From positions 1 to 64,000 of the IMG/VR virus record IMGVR_UViG_3300010167_000019: a stretch of DNA of 64,000 bases; one strand, given 5' to 3'. Position 1 is the first letter of the stretch. The number at the start of each line of letters is the position of its first letter. This document shows, in pieces, positions 60,209 to 64,000 of the stretch. Origin of the DNA: a virus. Taxonomy: Duplodnaviria; Caudoviricetes. The notes beneath the pieces are model-generated. The model searched no databases. It was not told the DNA's origin and saw nothing but the letters and a program-made list of their open reading frames with translations. The translations under genes and the position numbers were made by a program.

Positions 60209-60412
60209 TTTTCTTCCTCCTTTAAAAGTATAAAAGATTCCCTTCTTAATCTTTTATCCATATTGAGAATATATAAGCATAAGCTAAGGGTAATGCTACA
60301 ACTTTGTAAAGTTCAAAGGGAAGGATGTGATCATCAAAAATCCTTGGTTTAAATTTATTTGAAGAAAACACCAAAGATGCTGCAATACACGGAAGAGAGG
60401 TGTTTTCTGACA

Positions 60413-61009
60413 ATGAATTTGATTAAGGGACGTCCTTTCACTTTTGTCATTGGGGTTTTATTTACCATCGTCTTAATCTTCTACAATATATTCATCATCA
60501 ATCTTTCTTCCTATCTGCTGGAAGAGAAAGTTAAAGATCGACGGATGTTGCTGGATCTACTATGTGACTTGGCTGAGAGTGGTGGCGAACGTTCGGTTTT
60601 AGTTGAGGCCATCGCTGAAATTGATGGGATGGGAGGACGTGGGACTTATTGTGCTATCTTTGATGCTGATCTAAATATTATGTCGGATCGGAGTCAACTT
60701 TTCGTTCCTTTCAATCCCTTGGATAAACAAGACTTCTCTCGAGAAGTGAAAATTAATCATACGCATGGGGAAATGGATATTTGGTACGATGAAGGCAATG
60801 CTCCAGCTCATACTCTGCACATGTACTTCCGTTGGATTGATGTAGACTCTGAATTAGCAGTTGCCATAATTGGGGTTTCAAAATTTTCCATTGAAACAGA
60901 TATTGATTACGGTCTAAGAGTGGGAGCTTGGTTAATTTCTGGAGCTTTTACGATCACTGGTTTCTCCTCCCTGATCGTAGGCTGGAAAAGGAGGAGAGCT
61001 AATGTCTGA
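60413..61009 (+). CDS. Two-TM membrane protein
   Basis: Hydrophobic helices at both termini; SD GAGGTG supports ATG 60413. Confidence 0.6.
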   Translation: MNLIKGRPFTFVIGVLFTIVLIFYNIFIINLSSYLLEEKVKDRRMLLDLLCDLAESGGERSVLVEAIAEIDGMGGRGTYCAIFDADLNIMSDRSQLFVPFNPLDKQDFSREVKINHTHGEMDIWYDEGNAPAHTLHMYFRWIDVDSELAVAIIGVSKFSIETDIDYGLRVGAWLISGAFTITGFSSLIVGWKRRRANV

Positions 61010-61409
61010 AGCCATTGCCATTGTTATGATTTCTACCATGGGAGGTACTTTGTTGACTGTGATCGGCAGTATCGTTCAACAGGGTATGTCTGTACGGGAA
61101 GCTCGTTACAATGCAGAGAAATTATTGAACAACAACAATGTGGGTCGAATTGAAAGTCGGGATTCCTTTGATAGTCTAAAAGATATTTTGAACGATCAAC
61201 AGGATATCTTGAAGAATCAACAGAATATCAATCGCCTTATCTTACGCGATCGCTTACGTTGTTTGTTAAAACAGTATCAGGATGTGGACAGCGTTGCTTA
61301 TGCCGATAAAGAAGATATCGATGCCATGTACGAAATTTATTGCGGCTGGGGTTTTAATGGAACCATCAAAGCTATGTACGAAAATTTCTTAACGAAGAAG
61401 ATTATTTAA
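61002..61409 (+). CDS. Holin-like membrane protein of Firmicutes phages
   Basis: N-terminal TM plus LRDRL...MYEIY..WGFNG...MYE pattern. Confidence 0.55.
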   Translation: MSEAIAIVMISTMGGTLLTVIGSIVQQGMSVREARYNAEKLLNNNNVGRIESRDSFDSLKDILNDQQDILKNQQNINRLILRDRLRCLLKQYQDVDSVAYADKEDIDAMYEIYCGWGFNGTIKAMYENFLTKKII

Positions 61410-61413
61410 CAGA

Positions 61414-61444
61414 AGATCATCTGGGTCTAAGACCCAGATGATCT
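61414..61444 (+). terminator. Inverted-repeat terminator
   Basis: agatcatctgggtct-a-agacccagatgatct. Confidence 0.7.
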
Positions 61445-61493
61445 GACTACTTTATAAAGCTGACAACACACAACGATTTAGGAGGTCAACTCG

Positions 61494-63767
61494 ATGAAAG
61501 AATCCACCGAAGTACTTTCCGAAGGTTTTGCCGACGTGATGAAAAAAGTCGGACAGAGCATTCAGACTGCCGTGAGTAAAGTTAAACGATATTTTTTCTT
61601 GAAGAAAAGTTTACGCAATTTACAAATGATGGACCTGCCTCAATACCGCAACATCAAAGGTGGTCGACTGACCAGCCTGCTCACATCAGAAAAAACTAAA
61701 GGTCTGACTGAATCCTCTTTAACATCTCAGGAATGGTTTACAGAAAAAGTAGCGCCGAAGGATGTCCAAAAGGCATGTAAAAAATTTTCTAAAAAACATA
61801 ATGTCTCAATTCACATTAGCAATCAGAGCACTGCCATCGGACAATATCTATTACAGGCTGAAACACCTGCAGCACTTATGGTCATCGATAAATCGAAGCT
61901 GGAGGATTTCTACCAAGGCAAAGCCGAAGCCTTTCCCACAGAAATGCTACGAGAAAATTATGAGAAAGTAATTATCGTTGATCCAACCTTTTTGGCCCAA
62001 TTCCCTCATCTGAATATTGAGGGACTATACTATATTCTAGAGCATGAATATGGCCACTACCTAACCTATGAAGAGATTACTATGGAAGACTGGGCACAGT
62101 GTATGGTTAAAACGGCCATGCTCAACGATATTGCCGGACTTTGCATTAAAACAGGCATGAATGATCAAGAAATAAATCGTATGGTAGCCGAGATAAATGC
62201 GTGTCGTTGGGAAATAAAACCGGAAAAAATGGCCAATGACAAGATGGGTTTAAAGATACCCGATTTATTCAAAGCTATATTTGGATATGATCTTCCAGTC
62301 GGTTGGGAGAAGTCTGCCTTCTGGAAATTATGTACTGTAGATCTACCATCTGATTATGTTGAATATTGCATGGGATTGGCAGGTTTAAATTTTGATACTA
62401 TGCCACCGGAACAAGCTGTGGCAATAGTAAATAAGGATTGGAAGATCTACCAACAGTTTCTACCTCCCAAATTTAAGAAAATGCTAGCCCCTATTATAGA
62501 AGAGAAAATAGCCTCGTATCGATCTGCCATCGGCGATACAAAAAAACCTGCTACAGAAAGTACAATCACTGAAGCTTATGATCCTACTGAGCAAAGTGGT
62601 CTAGGTCCGGAAAGAGCCTTAACTACCTTAGGCACCTTAGCTCAGTCTATCATCACCAATAAGGATTCCAAAAAATCTATCAACCAGTATACCTTAAATA
62701 CCATAGCTAATCTGATCAATAACAATGGGCTGCTCCATAAGTGGGCTCCTACTTTCAAGTCTATCCAACTCACCTTAACCTCTTCACCTAAACTCGACTT
62801 TGAATTTGTTCCTCCAGCTAAGACATCGGCTGCTGCTAATGCCTTCATCGAACGCTTTGTCAATGGACATGAACATATGAGCGATTATTTAAAACATTCA
62901 CCGGAAGTCCATCTTAAAATATCCAAGGCTTGGTTTAAGAAACTCAGTGAACGGAAACAGCTAGTTGCTACTTTAGAAGCAGCAGTGCGGTACTACGATA
63001 AGGGAATCGATAAAGCTTCTCAAGAAATTATGAAGGAAGTCATCAAGTCTGGCGAAGTGATGAAACGTTTGATCTCAGAGTCGGAATTGAAACAAACGAT
63101 CTTCTATCTGATGAAGCTAGTCTTGATCTTTGATGAGATCGATCCTCAGGCTGTTAAATTTTATCCAGATGACGAAGTGATCAAGACTGTCAACACTTTC
63201 ATTCGTACTGTCTTGCATTCCGGTAAAGCTAACCAAGAGGAACGGATCACTTTGCTCAACGATATGAGAAAGGCTGTGGATGCAGTTTACCAAGTTTCCA
63301 CTTACAGTGAGCTGACCCAAAACTTCCGCTCTCTACCAGTCGCCATTCATCATTTCTCCGAAGGGTATTACGATGAGCAGATCAATCAAATTCGTAGCAA
63401 GATCATTCGAGAAAATACAGAGGATGTTTTCTTAGAGAAGGTCTTTGGGAAAAAAGTTAAGAGATTGAAAAAGATACCTCCTGATCTGGTATCTTATATT
63501 CTGATAGAAGGAAGATCGATAAGAGATGACAATGATCGTCTCTTGATCATCTCTTATCTTTTTGCCAAGGTGGAAATCATCGAATGGTATATTGAGTTGA
63601 TCGATGTGCAGAGTCCGAACTACATCGTTCCGCATACCCGAGATCACTTGGTTCGAATCAAGAATCAACTGATGGAAGCTCACAAAGAAATCATGGCTAT
63701 CAAGCTACGTAGACCTTCAGATCCGATCATACAAATTGGTGGTCTTCCCCCGGGCTATGAAGGATAA
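61494..63767 (+). CDS. Large virion/head protein with an HExxH motif
   Basis: LEHEYGHY; ES/EA-type spaced motifs; SD AGGAGG. Confidence 0.6.
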   Translation: MKESTEVLSEGFADVMKKVGQSIQTAVSKVKRYFFLKKSLRNLQMMDLPQYRNIKGGRLTSLLTSEKTKGLTESSLTSQEWFTEKVAPKDVQKACKKFSKKHNVSIHISNQSTAIGQYLLQAETPAALMVIDKSKLEDFYQGKAEAFPTEMLRENYEKVIIVDPTFLAQFPHLNIEGLYYILEHEYGHYLTYEEITMEDWAQCMVKTAMLNDIAGLCIKTGMNDQEINRMVAEINACRWEIKPEKMANDKMGLKIPDLFKAIFGYDLPVGWEKSAFWKLCTVDLPSDYVEYCMGLAGLNFDTMPPEQAVAIVNKDWKIYQQFLPPKFKKMLAPIIEEKIASYRSAIGDTKKPATESTITEAYDPTEQSGLGPERALTTLGTLAQSIITNKDSKKSINQYTLNTIANLINNNGLLHKWAPTFKSIQLTLTSSPKLDFEFVPPAKTSAAANAFIERFVNGHEHMSDYLKHSPEVHLKISKAWFKKLSERKQLVATLEAAVRYYDKGIDKASQEIMKEVIKSGEVMKRLISESELKQTIFYLMKLVLIFDEIDPQAVKFYPDDEVIKTVNTFIRTVLHSGKANQEERITLLNDMRKAVDAVYQVSTYSELTQNFRSLPVAIHHFSEGYYDEQINQIRSKIIRENTEDVFLEKVFGKKVKRLKKIPPDLVSYILIEGRSIRDDNDRLLIISYLFAKVEIIEWYIELIDVQSPNYIVPHTRDHLVRIKNQLMEAHKEIMAIKLRRPSDPIIQIGGLPPGYEG

Positions 63768-63774
63768 AAAATAT

Positions 63775-63814
63775 AAAAATAAAGGGAGGGTTTTAAAACC
63801 CTCCCTTTATTTTT
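63775..63814. terminator. Perfect palindrome terminator
   Basis: aaaaataaagggagggtttt|aaaaccctccctttattttt. Confidence 0.75.
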
Positions 63815-64000
63815 TCTCTCAACCTATCGATCGGATAGGCACTCATTTAATCAACCGAGAATATTCTCGTATTTTAACCCTACCTGAGAATATCCTCACT
63901 GTTCTTTCATTATTCTCAATCTTCCGTAATATTCACACCGCATAATTCAGTTATACCTATTAGGACAGCGACACTAACCCCAAGAGCTATGCCGACACAG

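Noticed and set aside
1-64000. tRNA or rRNA genes
   Set aside because: No cloverleaf with T-loop GTTCRA plus acceptor stem was seen by eye; the GTTCAACGA hits are intron R elements. tRNAscan-SE would be needed to exclude them fully.

Overview
This 64-kb window looks like a jumbo phage genome of the phiKZ/AR9-PBS1 type, probably with a Firmicutes host (strong AGGAGG SD sites). It carries a portal, a major capsid protein, acidic head proteins, tail-fibre-like genes, a phage RNA polymerase beta N-half, DnaB-like and UvsW-like helicases, an SbcD-like nuclease and dCTP deaminase. The main signal is a nearly ORF-free region at 4070-10790. It is a degenerate 36-nt dual-repeat array of roughly 150 units (estimated from length/36). 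On the minus strand each unit reads ANTGTAYCA-N9-ANYRAYCCW-N9. The array starts 5 nt after the stop codon of a nuclease-less, IS110/Nop-fold protein (10796-12400). This is the architecture of a TIGR-Tas RNA-guided system. Here the array is very long, and an intact tnpB with its omega-RNA end, but no left end or tnpA, sits inside it. The second highlight is the RNAP beta gene, split by four group I introns. Two of them flank a 3-nt micro-exon (CCT), and the guide pairing implies ordered splicing. Also present are a group I intron in dnaB, a class-3 intein in the UvsW-like helicase, six mosaic tandem DUF29 paralogs and a REC/HD-GYP phosphodiesterase. All calls were made by eye from motifs; no database search or computation was run.
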